Positions 31,430 through 41,629 of a DNA stretch of 64,000 nt are shown here, piece after piece. The translations under genes were made by a program, and so were the position numbers. Below the pieces are notes generated by a model. That model was not told the origin of the DNA. It ran no database searches and saw only the letters and a program-made list of their open reading frames with translations. This DNA is from an uncultured Pseudomonadota bacterium (GTDB lineage Bacteria; Oederibacteriota; Muellerivitia; Muellerivitales; Muellerivitaceae): contig CAVYRH010000019.1 in assembly GCA_963770835.1 (NCBI GenBank), positions 411,752 to 475,751 on the forward strand, in the 5' to 3' direction. Numbering within the stretch: the stretch's first letter is position 1; every line of letters starts with the position of its first letter.

Positions 31430-31542
31430 TAGGCGAAAACCCGTGGACCGCTAAAAGCGGCGGATTATTTCAAACAAAAAGGGGCTAACCTCAACCGGGT
31501 TAACCCTCCATTTATCTCAATTGAAGGGGGCAAGAGACCGCC

Positions 31543-31884
31543 TTACGAAACGGCCTTGTCGCCCGCTTCCCCGCTGCTGATGCGGTAGGCATCGTCGATG
31601 GTATAAACGAAAATTTTGCCGTCCCCTACTTGGCCTGTCGAGGCGCTGGTTTGGATGGCCTTCACCAGTTTCTCGATATCCGCGTCGGGGGCCACTATCT
31701 CCATTTTGAGCTTGGGCAGGAACTCCACCTTGTACTTGTAGCCCCTGAACTGCTGGGAAAGGCCCTTCTGTTTGCCGTGTCCCTCCACTTCGGTAAGGGT
31801 GACACCCGTATAACCTGCCTGCTCCAGGGCCGCTTTCACCTGGTCGAATTTATCGGGACGGATGATGGCTTCGATCTTTTTCAC
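31543..31884 (-). CDS. glnK: P-II family nitrogen regulator, amtB-linked (GlnK-like)
   Basis: P-II motifs; GTG start with AGGAG RBS; directly downstream of amtB. Confidence 0.88.
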   Translation of the reverse strand: MKKIEAIIRPDKFDQVKAALEQAGYTGVTLTEVEGHGKQKGLSQQFRGYKYKVEFLPKLKMEIVAPDADIEKLVKAIQTSASTGQVGDGKIFVYTIDDAYRISSGEAGDKAVS

Positions 31885-32010
31885 GGGATCTCCTTAGGAA
31901 AAAATACTCTAAAAATAGAACCTATTTACCACCAAGACACCAAGCCACCAAGGAAAATAAGGCCACTGCCCCTGGATGAATTTGCGCCTTGGAAGTGAGC
32001 CAGAATAATG

Positions 32011-32035
32011 AAAAGGCCCCCTCGCGGGGGCCTTT
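32011..32035 (-). terminator. Intrinsic terminator-like hairpin after amtB
   Basis: AAAAGGCCCCC-TCGC-GGGGGCCTTT. Confidence 0.6.
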
Positions 32036-32074
32036 CCCAGGCTTCAGTTCGACAACAGCCTCTACAGTAACCGA

Positions 32075-33740
32075 TTAATGCGAAGTGATGTTTTCGGAAG
32101 CCGGATCCATCTTCACGCCACAGTAACCCAGCGTCCCCATTTCGGGAACATCCAAACCTTCCATTTCCGTTTTGGGATCGACACGGTTCCCGATGGTCTT
32201 CTCGATGACCATAAAGACGATGAGGGCGAGAATGGCCAAAGTAACGAAATTGGCCAAAACCCCGATAATTTGGGCCACGAATTGGGAAGAGTCGCCGTAG
32301 AACAAACCGGTCACACCCTTCAAATTCGCCCCTGTCGTTCCCAGGTAGGTGGTAGCGCCTGCACCGTTCCAACCTTGGCCGTAGGTGCCGTCAGCCAGCA
32401 AGCCGAGGGAAATACATCCCCAAGCTCCGCAAGTTCCGTGCACCGAGATGGCGCCTACCGGATCATCGATCTTAAGCACGCGTTCTACGAAGAATACGCT
32501 TTCAACAACCAACACACCCGCAACCGCGCCAAGGAAGCAGGCTCCAGGCGCGTTCACAAAGGCCGAAGGGCCGGTGATGGCCACGAGGCCCGCCAGCATG
32601 CCGTTGACGGCCATGCCCGGGTCGGGCTTGTTTCCGCGCACGAACCATATCCAAAGCATGGCGAACAAGGCGCCGGTGGCGGAGGCCAACATGGTGTTGA
32701 CCGCGACCACCGAGATGCGCAGGTCCGCGCCGGCCAAGGTGGAACCGGGGTTGAACCCGAACCAGCCGAAGGCCAGGATGAAACAGCCGGCGATCGCCAT
32801 CGGCATGTTGTGCGCCGGGATGGTGTTGGGTGAACCGTTCTTATTGTATTTGCCGATGCGGGGCCCGAGAACCCAGGCGCCGATCAAGCCGATCACGCCG
32901 CCCTGCATATGGACGACAGTGGAACCGGCAAAGTCGACAGTAGCCGTGGCCCAAGCCGAAGTTGACCCCCAATTGCGAGAGCCAGCCGCCGCCCCAGACC
33001 CAGTTGCCGAACACGGGATACATGATGGTCCCGATCGCGGCCCCGTAAAGCATGAAAGCGGACCATTTCCAGCGTTCCGCGCAGGCACCCGTGGGGATGG
33101 TGGCCGTGGTGTCCATGAACACCATCTCGAAAAGAAAGAGAGCAGAAAACTCCGACGTCATAGGCGGGGCCCGTCAGGAAATACCCGCACGTTCCCGATC
33201 ATCCCGAAGGGCTTTCCAAAGATGGTCCAGGTAACTTCGTTGCTTAACCCGGCGTAACCACCCAAGGTACCCAAAGCGCCTGTACCACCGATACATAAAG
33301 GCAAAACCGCAAATCCAGAACCCCAGCATGCCCAGGGGATAGATCATGAAGTTCATGGTCATGGTATGGTTCACGTTCTTGGCGCGGGTCATACCCGTTT
33401 CCACCATGGCGAACCCAGCTTGCATGAACATGACCAAGTACCCGGTCACCAAGGTCCAGACGATGTTGATAGCGACCCGGTTATGGCCGACCGCCGTGGC
33501 AACTTCCAAAGCTGTCGGGTTTTTGACGTCCTTAAATGTGTTGAAGGATGTCAAATCCGAGATGGATCCAGTTGCAGACCCGTTCGGATCCGGCGGTTGC
33601 GGCGCCGGAGTCGCGGCAGGGGCCGCAGCCGTCGTGGGCGCGGCGGCCGTCTGCGCATTTACCACTACGGGTACCGTGAGTACCACGAGGTAGTAAAGCA
33701 TCAACCCGATGCTTCCTATCTTTCGAATTTTGGCTAACAT
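32075..33740 (-). pseudogene. amtB: Ammonium transporter AmtB, broken by about four frameshifts (real or sequencing error)
   Basis: FMQAGFAMVE, DFAGSTVVH, FGWFGFNPGS, DDPVGAISVH motifs spread over several frames. Confidence 0.9.
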
Positions 33741-33865
33741 AATCTCTTCCTCCTTGTTTGTTTAAAACTGCTGGAAATCCCCGCCCGCTCGACCCTTCCG
33801 GCGGTGAAAGATTCCACCGGCACAACCTCCAGCCAACTTAAAACCTAACAGTGGGGGAGGTAAAA

Positions 33866-33880
33866 GCAAGGCTTGTGCCA
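33866..33880 (-). promoter_or_regulatory. Sigma-54 -24/-12 promoter of amtB
   Basis: Minus strand TGGCACAAGCCTTGC. Confidence 0.85.
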
Positions 33881-34190
33881 TGCATCAAGAAACAATCAAA
33901 AAGATGTAAAAATTTAATAAAGATGTGCCTTTTTGAGATAAAAAAAAAATAAAATAATAGAATCCGAATTACATTTATGTAGATTAATACAAAAATAAGA
34001 ATATCGGGCGAAAAGTGAGGGGTAGCTCATTAGGGATCATCACCCGGTCATCCAGCGTTGATTATGTGCAGAATTTAGGTTGAAAGCCATCAACAAATTG
34101 AAAAATTTAAGTAAAAATATTTAACCCACTAAATGAAGGTTGGAATTAGAATCTTTCGGCTTTCACCCATCATTGATTAGGAGTCATCCC

Positions 34191-34775
34191 ATGAAACTTG
34201 GAATCACTTTTTTCCGCATCGGCGTACTAGGCATGCTCTTCGCCCCAGGAGTCCTTTTCGAAGAACCGCTCAAGTCATTATTGGCTCAAAACCATTCCGT
34301 ATTTCTGACCTATTTGCTGCTTTATGGCCTGCCCGCCTTGGCCGGTTTTTCCATGCTCATGATGAACGAACAGGGTTTCCGGAACCCTCCCGTCCCGGTG
34401 GCCCGCCTCCTCAACGGCCTTTCAGCCTTAACTGTATTCTGGCTTATCCTTTGGTACATCATGTGGTTGGGATTGGATTCAAGGGCTGGCAATCAGGCCG
34501 ATCCCTTCGTCAAGTATTTGGATTTCGTGAGCCTATTGGGCCCTTTGAGTGGAGCGGGACTATATTGGTGGGGCTGGAAAATAGCCGACCTGTCCCAGAG
34601 GACCTTGCGTTTTTGCATAGCCATCGGATGGAACGTGAGTTTCATGAGTTTCATGAACCTTCACTTGGATCCCGCCATGGGTCATTTGAAGGGCTCTGGA
34701 TTTGGCGGATTGCTGGTGATGGCGGGTGCCTACCTGATGATAGGGGACCTTCAACGCAATCCCCCCAAAAGGTGA
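34191..34775 (+). CDS. Hypothetical integral membrane protein
   Basis: RBS AGGAG; about six hydrophobic segments. Confidence 0.65.
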   Translation: MKLGITFFRIGVLGMLFAPGVLFEEPLKSLLAQNHSVFLTYLLLYGLPALAGFSMLMMNEQGFRNPPVPVARLLNGLSALTVFWLILWYIMWLGLDSRAGNQADPFVKYLDFVSLLGPLSGAGLYWWGWKIADLSQRTLRFCIAIGWNVSFMSFMNLHLDPAMGHLKGSGFGGLLVMAGAYLMIGDLQRNPPKR

Positions 34776-34800
34776 AACCTGCTTAAACTAGTTTTGGAAT

Positions 34801-35865
34801 TTAGACAGGTATGGTGCGGCTGATATATTTTTTCATGGCACCGAAAACTTCCGGCACCGTCAAGCCTTCCATGGGATCGTGTTTCCTGCAATAGCCGGAT
34901 TGGCAAGCCATGCATGTGAGGTTTTTAGGCATTAAGACTGTGTTCTCGTTTCCCCATGGCCCCCAACGCACGGGGGTGGCCTCCGGGGCGGGTGAGAAAA
35001 GCGTGACGGTAGGCGTCCCCACCGCCGCGGCAAGTTGCATCGGCCCCAGCGGCCCGGAGACAACACAAAGCGCCCCTTGGCAAAGGGCCGCTAGTTCCCT
35101 CAATTTCAAATCCCCGGTAACAATAAGAGCCGGCTTTTGTTCCTGGGTGAGTGAATAAAGCAAGGCTGTTACCTCCGAAACCAATTGGGATTCGTCGGCT
35201 TCAGATGTCAGGACCACCTTCAAACCTTTGACCTGGCACAAATGCCCTAATAACTGGCCAAACTTTTCGGGCTTCCAATGCCGCGCGTGTCCCTTGGAAC
35301 CTGGGTGAACAAGGACATAAGGCAGTCCAGGAGCTAAGCCCTTTTGGAGTAATATCTCCCTTGGCGCCGTTTTGTCTGTCTCAGTCAATGGAAACTCGGT
35401 TTTTTTGGCGAATTGCGTCACACCAAGGGGTTTCAATAATTCAAAGTTATATTCGACCTCGTTCCGGTCGCTAAGGGCCCGCTTGATGGAGACGGTATGG
35501 GTCTGGAAAAAACCATGCCATTTGTGCTTTTCCCCGATCCGAACCGAAATCTTGGCCAGCCAGGCGGCTAAAACCAGCTCAGATTTGGGATATAAATGGA
35601 TAAAGGTATCCACCTTAAGTTCGCGCAACCGGGCGGCTAGTTTGAATAGGCCTTCTTCATTCGAAACCGCTTCGACCCTGTCAATGGCGGGATGCCCCTG
35701 GACGATGACTTCCGCTCCCCTTTGGACCAAAGCGGTGATTTGTGCTTGGGGAAAAGCCGATTTTAATGTTTGAAAGACCGGTAAGGCCAAAAGAAGGTTT
35801 TGAATGCTGTCGGTGCAGGCGACGGCAATGTGTTTTGAGGAAATCGGTTCGGGCATGGGGTTCAA
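34801..35865 (-). CDS. Glycosyltransferase family 9 (LPS heptosyltransferase-like)
   Basis: VHPGS...RHW..EKF, GPMQLAAAVGTPTVTLF, RWGPWG motifs. Confidence 0.85.
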   Translation of the reverse strand: MNPMPEPISSKHIAVACTDSIQNLLLALPVFQTLKSAFPQAQITALVQRGAEVIVQGHPAIDRVEAVSNEEGLFKLAARLRELKVDTFIHLYPKSELVLAAWLAKISVRIGEKHKWHGFFQTHTVSIKRALSDRNEVEYNFELLKPLGVTQFAKKTEFPLTETDKTAPREILLQKGLAPGLPYVLVHPGSKGHARHWKPEKFGQLLGHLCQVKGLKVVLTSEADESQLVSEVTALLYSLTQEQKPALIVTGDLKLRELAALCQGALCVVSGPLGPMQLAAAVGTPTVTLFSPAPEATPVRWGPWGNENTVLMPKNLTCMACQSGYCRKHDPMEGLTVPEVFGAMKKYISRTIPV

Positions 35866-36382
35866 TCCTTAGAGGTAGAAGTATCCTTGAAACCTGTCAA
35901 AGATACTGAATTGGCCCTTTTTCAGCAATAGCTACCTTACCCCCAAACAAAAAAAGCTACCGTGAGTGCGCTTGTTGGTTTAAGGACTTTGTTAGGAGAG
36001 AGGTTCTTAGACGACGCTTTGGGGAGGGGAAAGTCTCGGGGCAGGTTATAAGATTGATCAGGGCGGCAATTGACCACTGAGCGGCCACAAGGTAACAACG
36101 CCGTTCAAAATGCAACTAGCTCCTTAGGCACGAAGTTTCTTTCCCGTCTTTTCACTTTGGATAAGGCTTACTCGACACTTTAAGCCCACGACATCCGGAC
36201 GGATTTTAATATTTTTTAGTGGCAATTCAAAAAGCCCAAGTGTAGGATTTCCCAAACCCGACAGAGGGGCGCCAAGAGACTCTCCACGCTAAAAAATTCT
36301 CAAACCTCTCCATATTTTTTCTGGCCATTCTGTCGGGACAACCTGGGTTTACCCAGAGATCTTTAGTCTGCGGAGGGCAATT

Positions 36383-36481
36383 ATGGATACCACTTCAATC
36401 TGCACTATCCTTGTAGTTCTAGGCATGGTCGTTGGATATGTTCTGATCATAGTAAAAGACAAGGCCAGTTCCAAAGAATAA
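36383..36481 (+). CDS. Putative 32-aa single-TM micropeptide
   Basis: RBS GGAGG; MDTTSICTILVVLGMVVGYVLIIVKDKASSKE. Confidence 0.5.
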   Translation: MDTTSICTILVVLGMVVGYVLIIVKDKASSKE

Positions 36482-36739
36482 TAAAAATCAAATTTTCCTG
36501 AACTAAACTAAATACTCTGTGCTTGGAATAGTTTTACCGAATTCCAGGAATATATTATTTTGCCCCGTGGGCGTCTCGACCTTTTATAGCCTCCCACACG
36601 TGACCATTCGCTGGAACATCATTAACAATGAGGGACCGGTCTTGGGAGAGGTTCCTTGGTTTTCGACCCCCCTTTTCGGCAATAGGCGCCTTTTTCCCGA
36701 AGGATTGTGTACACCTCTCAAACTCAATCCTACAAAATA

Positions 36740-36772
36740 AAAAAGCCGCCGGGGTTTCCCCACGGCGGCTTT
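36740..36772 (-). terminator. Intrinsic terminator
   Basis: AAAAGCCGCCG..CGGCGGCTTT hairpin with a U-tract on the minus strand. Confidence 0.7.
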
Positions 36773-36794
36773 GGAACTTCTAAAACGGCTTTTA

Positions 36795-38756
36795 TTAAAC
36801 TGCTTCGACTCCCGTTTCACCCGTGCGGACGCGAATAGTTTCGTCGGTTGTGCTGACGAATATCTTTCCATCTCCCTTGTTGCCCGTGTTCAGCTCGTCC
36901 TGCATGATATCGATGATGTGGGGCACATCCCAGGCGTTGACCACAACATCCACGCGGAGTTTCTCAAGAAATTTGACTTTGGTGGGCTTATCATCGGTTT
37001 TGGATCCGAGGGTGCGCCCAAAACCCTTCACTTCTGTGATGGTCATACCCTTAACCAGTTCTTCCTTGTTCAAGGCTTCGGCCAAGGTATCCAGCGAATC
37101 CGGCCGGATGATGGCCGTGATGGTCTTCATGCCGTGGGACTTCAACACGGAGGAACCCATCACCCAGAGGCCGTAAATCAGGGCCCAGCCACCCGCGATG
37201 TAGAAGCAGATCTTGGCTTCCAGCTGCGAATCGGCGTTACCAATGGTGTAGAGGTAAATGACCCCCCAGCACATCAACACGTTCAAGGCTAGTCCACAAA
37301 ATGGGATCGCCAAGTGCTTGATGATGTTGAAATCCTTACGATCCTTGTAAGCGACGAAGGTCCAGATACAGACCAAACCGTACAGGACGAAGGTTCCGAA
37401 GTTGGAGGCCAGCGTGATACCCGTCAAGCCGTCGACCGACTGAAGGCCGACAGCCGCGATCACGCAGGAAAAGGCAACCAGGAACCAGATCGAGGTGTAA
37501 GGCGAGGCAAATTTGCTGTGAATGAAGCCCATGACCGGGGGCAATTCCCGGTCCTCCGCCATACCGGTGGTCACGCGAACGGCCGTGTTGATACAAGCCA
37601 GGGTGGTCCCGATGACCGCGATGGCGACCGTGGCGGCCATGATGAGCATAAGGGCTTGGCCCAAGTGGCCAAAGAAGGCGTTCCCCATCTGCACCACCAT
37701 GTCGCCGATAGGCGCCGAGGAGGCGGCCATGGCGGCCATGCCGTTGACAGCCTGGGTCGTGGCCGGGGCCGCAGCGACAGCGGCGACGGCTGGGATTGTC
37801 ACTCCAGCGGCGGTAACGGTGGCCGGCTGGGCGGCGACGGCAGCGACGGCAGGAACCGCCACCGAACCCACCAGCTTCTCACTCACTACCAGGTTGGCGC
37901 AGAAATACTCGAACAGATAGGCGATCAAGCATTGCACTACCAAGGCCACGATAATGGCTTTGGGAATGTTCTTTTCCGGCTGCTTGGTCTCGGCGGCAAG
38001 GGCCGTCGAGCTCTCAAAACCCACCAAGATTAAGATGGCGATGGTGGACTGGATCAACACACCCTTGATCGCGTGGAACTTCACGATGTCAAAACCGCCG
38101 CTGAAGGCCCAGGTCGTGGCGTGGTCCGGATTGCTCATGCGGTAGGCAATGCACATCAAGCCGAAGATCACGATGGTGACCCATTGGATGATGTTACCCC
38201 ACATATTGGCCTTGGTGGAGCCTTGAACGCCCCGGTGGGCGATATAACCCACCACCACGGCAAAGAGCCAAGAGATAAGCAGCTCAAAGGTGAGGGTCAT
38301 GGTCTTGCCCGTGACCGCGTTAAAGACATAGGAGGCCAGGGTGCCCATGAAGGCCACCATGACTCCGGGGTAAACCCAGTAAAACAAATGGGCTGCCCAG
38401 CCCGTGATGAGCTTGGCGATGCGGGCCATGGAAGTCGGCCCGGGGCGCTTCAGCTTCATACTGTCAATGAAAGCTTTCTCGGCGAAATAAACGCAGCTGG
38501 CGAAACCCGCTTCCGGGTAGATCTTCGCCAGTTCGGCGTAGGAAAAAGCCGTCATAAAACATAATACGGTAGCTACCAGAATTCCCGCCCACATATCGTT
38601 GGGACAGGCGGCTCCGTCCGGTGTCGCGGCCGAAGCCTGCACCTGATAAGTTATCCAAAGGAAGGCGCCCGGCGCGATCAACGCCATGGCGTTGATGGCC
38701 GCACCCTTCCAGTCCAATACCCTGTTGACCAGGGACTGTTCTTGTGTCTTTGCCAT
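36795..38756 (-). CDS. APC-family amino acid permease fused to a C-terminal P-II domain
   Basis: APC motifs (IAPGA, SYAELA, GFESS..AAETK) followed in frame by MKTITAIIRP..VKGFGR..GDGKIFV..IRVRTGETG; RBS AGGAGG. Confidence 0.9.
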   Translation of the reverse strand: MAKTQEQSLVNRVLDWKGAAINAMALIAPGAFLWITYQVQASAATPDGAACPNDMWAGILVATVLCFMTAFSYAELAKIYPEAGFASCVYFAEKAFIDSMKLKRPGPTSMARIAKLITGWAAHLFYWVYPGVMVAFMGTLASYVFNAVTGKTMTLTFELLISWLFAVVVGYIAHRGVQGSTKANMWGNIIQWVTIVIFGLMCIAYRMSNPDHATTWAFSGGFDIVKFHAIKGVLIQSTIAILILVGFESSTALAAETKQPEKNIPKAIIVALVVQCLIAYLFEYFCANLVVSEKLVGSVAVPAVAAVAAQPATVTAAGVTIPAVAAVAAAPATTQAVNGMAAMAASSAPIGDMVVQMGNAFFGHLGQALMLIMAATVAIAVIGTTLACINTAVRVTTGMAEDRELPPVMGFIHSKFASPYTSIWFLVAFSCVIAAVGLQSVDGLTGITLASNFGTFVLYGLVCIWTFVAYKDRKDFNIIKHLAIPFCGLALNVLMCWGVIYLYTIGNADSQLEAKICFYIAGGWALIYGLWVMGSSVLKSHGMKTITAIIRPDSLDTLAEALNKEELVKGMTITEVKGFGRTLGSKTDDKPTKVKFLEKLRVDVVVNAWDVPHIIDIMQDELNTGNKGDGKIFVSTTDETIRVRTGETGVEAV

Positions 38757-38797
38757 TTTTTTCCTCCTAATTTTTTTAATTGGCGGATACCCTAAAG

Positions 38798-38812
38798 GCA
38801 ACTCTTGTGCCA
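38798..38812 (-). promoter_or_regulatory. Sigma-54 -24/-12 promoter of the APC-P-II gene
   Basis: Minus strand TGGCACAAGAGTTGC. Confidence 0.85.
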
Positions 38813-39265
38813 CCGAAGACGGGAAAAAAGTCCGGTTTCACCCGGAAAAAGATGTTAGTTTTTTCGATCGTTAAAATTTCATTAGGGGTAAAGAAGAAAA
38901 TTCCGGAGTGAAAGAAATGAATTTTTTGGGATTAAAATTTCTTGATAGTTCCTTGATGTTTTCAGTTTACGTTTTGACACTTCCTTGATTTTTTGAAAAC
39001 AAAATCATCTTTAATTCTCGCACCGGTTTATTACTCAAAATGAGCGACTAACGACAATGATTGGTAATAGATACATTTGTGTAGGCTCCGGGGTCGAAAG
39101 CGTAAATTCCTTTTGTTTCATTCTTTTTGTTCCCTTTCAGGCCGAAACACTTTATTTAATGGGCCTTTGAAGGATGCTTTTCCTCAACGGTCCCACCTAG
39201 AACGGCACTCTTATATACTGACGCCTGCGTTTTGATTTGAAAGGAACGGGCCGCATCCCTTAACC

Positions 39266-40843
39266 ATGACCCCTGAAAATGGAAAAACAAGTTTTTCTCC
39301 GGAACTCAGACGGGGCTTCAATCCCCAGCAGACTCCGGTAAAGGAAAAGCTGAGAGAAAAACTAAAGAAATACCTTTGGAGTTTCCTGGTCATCGCGGCC
39401 CTAACCGTACCCGGATTCCTGCTCCGTCAAACTCTCGATACGGCCGCCATCGCGATGTTTTACCTTCTGGCTTTGGTGGGAATCGCGTTTTGGCTTGGGC
39501 GGGGACCCGCCATCGCGGCCTCCATCCTAGGCGTGCTGGCGCTCGACTATTTCATCAATCCCCCCTATTTCAGTTTCACCATCACCCGCTTTGAGAGCTG
39601 GATGACCCTCATTTTAATGCTGGTGGAAAGCCTGGTCATCAGCACCCTTGCCGCCCGTTTGAAAGAACAGCTGAATTGGGCCCGTGAAAGAGAGGTTTTC
39701 ACTTCCCTGCTTTATGATTGGGGTCCTGCGCTGGTGGAGGAGGGGGGCGAGGATTATTTCCTGGAAGCTGTGGAAAACTACCTGGGGCCTGCAGTCGGCG
39801 CGGAAGTTTCCGTTCTTTTGGCGGACAACCAAGGCCATCTACAAACTCAACCCGATCCTCTGAACGCGGGCCGGGAGGAAGACGCGGCCCGTTGGGCCTA
39901 CAACCACGGCCTGAAAACGGGTATGGGTTTCGGATCCTATCCCCGGTCCCAAAGACTGTATCTTCCCATGCGTTCCTCACCCCGGTCCCCGGGTGTATTG
40001 GCCTTCGATTTTCATGATGCCAGCAAGGCTTTTTCCACCGGACAATTGGGTCGATTGGAAGGATTCGCGGGACAAATAGCCTCGGCTTTGGAACGCCATC
40101 TCCTTTTTCTCCAAGCCGAGGAGCATCGGATTTCCGCCGAGAACGAGAAAAACCGCAGCGCTCTTTTAAGTGCTGTCTCCCATGACCTGAGGACCCCCTT
40201 GACCGCCATCAAAGGCGCCGCCAGTAGCCTGATGGGCGACCCGGAGATACTTAGCCCAGGGGCGCGTCACCAACTCTCCAGCATGATCTTCAACGAAGCC
40301 GAGCGTATGAACCGGCTGGTTCAAAACCTCCTGGACATGACCCGGCTCCAGGCGGGCTCCCCTCAGCTCAAGAAGGAATGGCAGTCCATGGAAGAATTGG
40401 TGGGCGCGGCCCTGGACCGGCTGAAAAACCGCCTCGCTGGCCGTCCTTTTTCCCTCAAACTTCAACCCGGCCTGCCCCTGGTGCTCATGGATCCCCTTTT
40501 AATAGAACAACTCCTCTTGAACCTCCTGGAAAACGCCCTCAACCACACCCCGGATGGGACTCCCCTTCAATTGTCCGTAAAGAGCTCGGTTGACATGATG
40601 GAGTTGGAAATCTCAGATCATGGACCCGGAATTAAACCCGGGGAGGAAAAAGCCATTTTCGAGAAATTTATCCGGGGCTATCATGGCAGCCATGGGGGCG
40701 CGGGGCTCGGTTTAAGCATCTGCCGCGCAATCGTTCAGGCCCACGGTGGAGCCATCGAGGTGCAGAACCGTCCCGAGGGAGGGGCTATCTTCGTCGTGCG
40801 GCTTCCCACTGGCGGACCGCCCCCAGCCGTAAGCGAGGATTGA
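39266..40843 (+). CDS. kdpD: KdpD-like sensor histidine kinase lacking the N-terminal KdpD/USP domains
   Basis: DUF4118 TM block (DYFINPPYFSF), GAF, SHDLRTPL H-box, N/G boxes. Confidence 0.85.
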   Translation: MTPENGKTSFSPELRRGFNPQQTPVKEKLREKLKKYLWSFLVIAALTVPGFLLRQTLDTAAIAMFYLLALVGIAFWLGRGPAIAASILGVLALDYFINPPYFSFTITRFESWMTLILMLVESLVISTLAARLKEQLNWAREREVFTSLLYDWGPALVEEGGEDYFLEAVENYLGPAVGAEVSVLLADNQGHLQTQPDPLNAGREEDAARWAYNHGLKTGMGFGSYPRSQRLYLPMRSSPRSPGVLAFDFHDASKAFSTGQLGRLEGFAGQIASALERHLLFLQAEEHRISAENEKNRSALLSAVSHDLRTPLTAIKGAASSLMGDPEILSPGARHQLSSMIFNEAERMNRLVQNLLDMTRLQAGSPQLKKEWQSMEELVGAALDRLKNRLAGRPFSLKLQPGLPLVLMDPLLIEQLLLNLLENALNHTPDGTPLQLSVKSSVDMMELEISDHGPGIKPGEEKAIFEKFIRGYHGSHGGAGLGLSICRAIVQAHGGAIEVQNRPEGGAIFVVRLPTGGPPPAVSED

Positions 40844-41544
40844 AGATGGAAACAGAAAAGCTTTCCGTGCTCTGCATTGAGGATGACGCGCCTATCTGCC
40901 TCTTCCTTAAGACGACCCTTACTGCCAGCGGATACGCTTACTTGCAGGCTCCCACCGGCGCCGAAGGCTTGGTGCAAGCCGCCACGCGCAACCCCGACCT
41001 AGTCCTGCTGGATTTGGGCCTTCCCGACATGGATGGATTAGAGGTGACGCGCCGCCTGCGGGAATGGTCAAAGAAGCCCATCATTGTGGTATCGGCCCGA
41101 GGCCGCGAGGCGGACAAGGTGGCCGCCCTCGACATGGGCGCCGACGACTACCTGACGAAACCCTTCGGGGTCCAGGAATTGCTGGCCCGAATCCGGGCCG
41201 CTTTGAGGCGGCATCAGTCGGCTGTGGGAGTGCCGGAAGAACCCGTGTTCCGGCACGGCGACTTGGAGGTGGACTTGGCCCACCGGCGGGTTTTGAAGGC
41301 CGGCAAAGAAGTTCACCTGACCAAAAGGGAATTCGGTTTGCTTGCGATTTTGGTACGCCATGCCGGCAAGGTGGTGACCCAGCGCCAGCTGCTGACGGAG
41401 ATATGGGGTGAGGCCTATACCGACCAGGCCCATTACCTTCGCGTTCACATGAACAACCTTCGCAACAAACTGGAAAGCCAGCCGGGCCAGCCCGAGCATT
41501 TTCTGACGGAGCCTGGCGTAGGCTACCGCCTGGTCGTCGACTGA
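40840..41544 (+). CDS. kdpE: Response regulator KdpE (OmpR family)
   Basis: LLDLGLPDMDG, GADDYLTKPF, GKVVTQRQLL, HYLRVHM, TEPGVGYR. Confidence 0.92.
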   Translation: MKMETEKLSVLCIEDDAPICLFLKTTLTASGYAYLQAPTGAEGLVQAATRNPDLVLLDLGLPDMDGLEVTRRLREWSKKPIIVVSARGREADKVAALDMGADDYLTKPFGVQELLARIRAALRRHQSAVGVPEEPVFRHGDLEVDLAHRRVLKAGKEVHLTKREFGLLAILVRHAGKVVTQRQLLTEIWGEAYTDQAHYLRVHMNNLRNKLESQPGQPEHFLTEPGVGYRLVVD

Positions 41545-41629
41545 CGTTCCAAAAAGTCCTCCTCCATTCCGGGGTTGACCGGAATAAACCGTCCTTCCGG
41601 CCCATTCCTTCTCAAGCTAAAATAGCCTT

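Noticed and set aside
35866..36380. Possible ncRNA in a long intergenic gap
   Set aside because: No recognisable 6S, tmRNA, RNase P or riboswitch motif by eye; needs an Rfam scan
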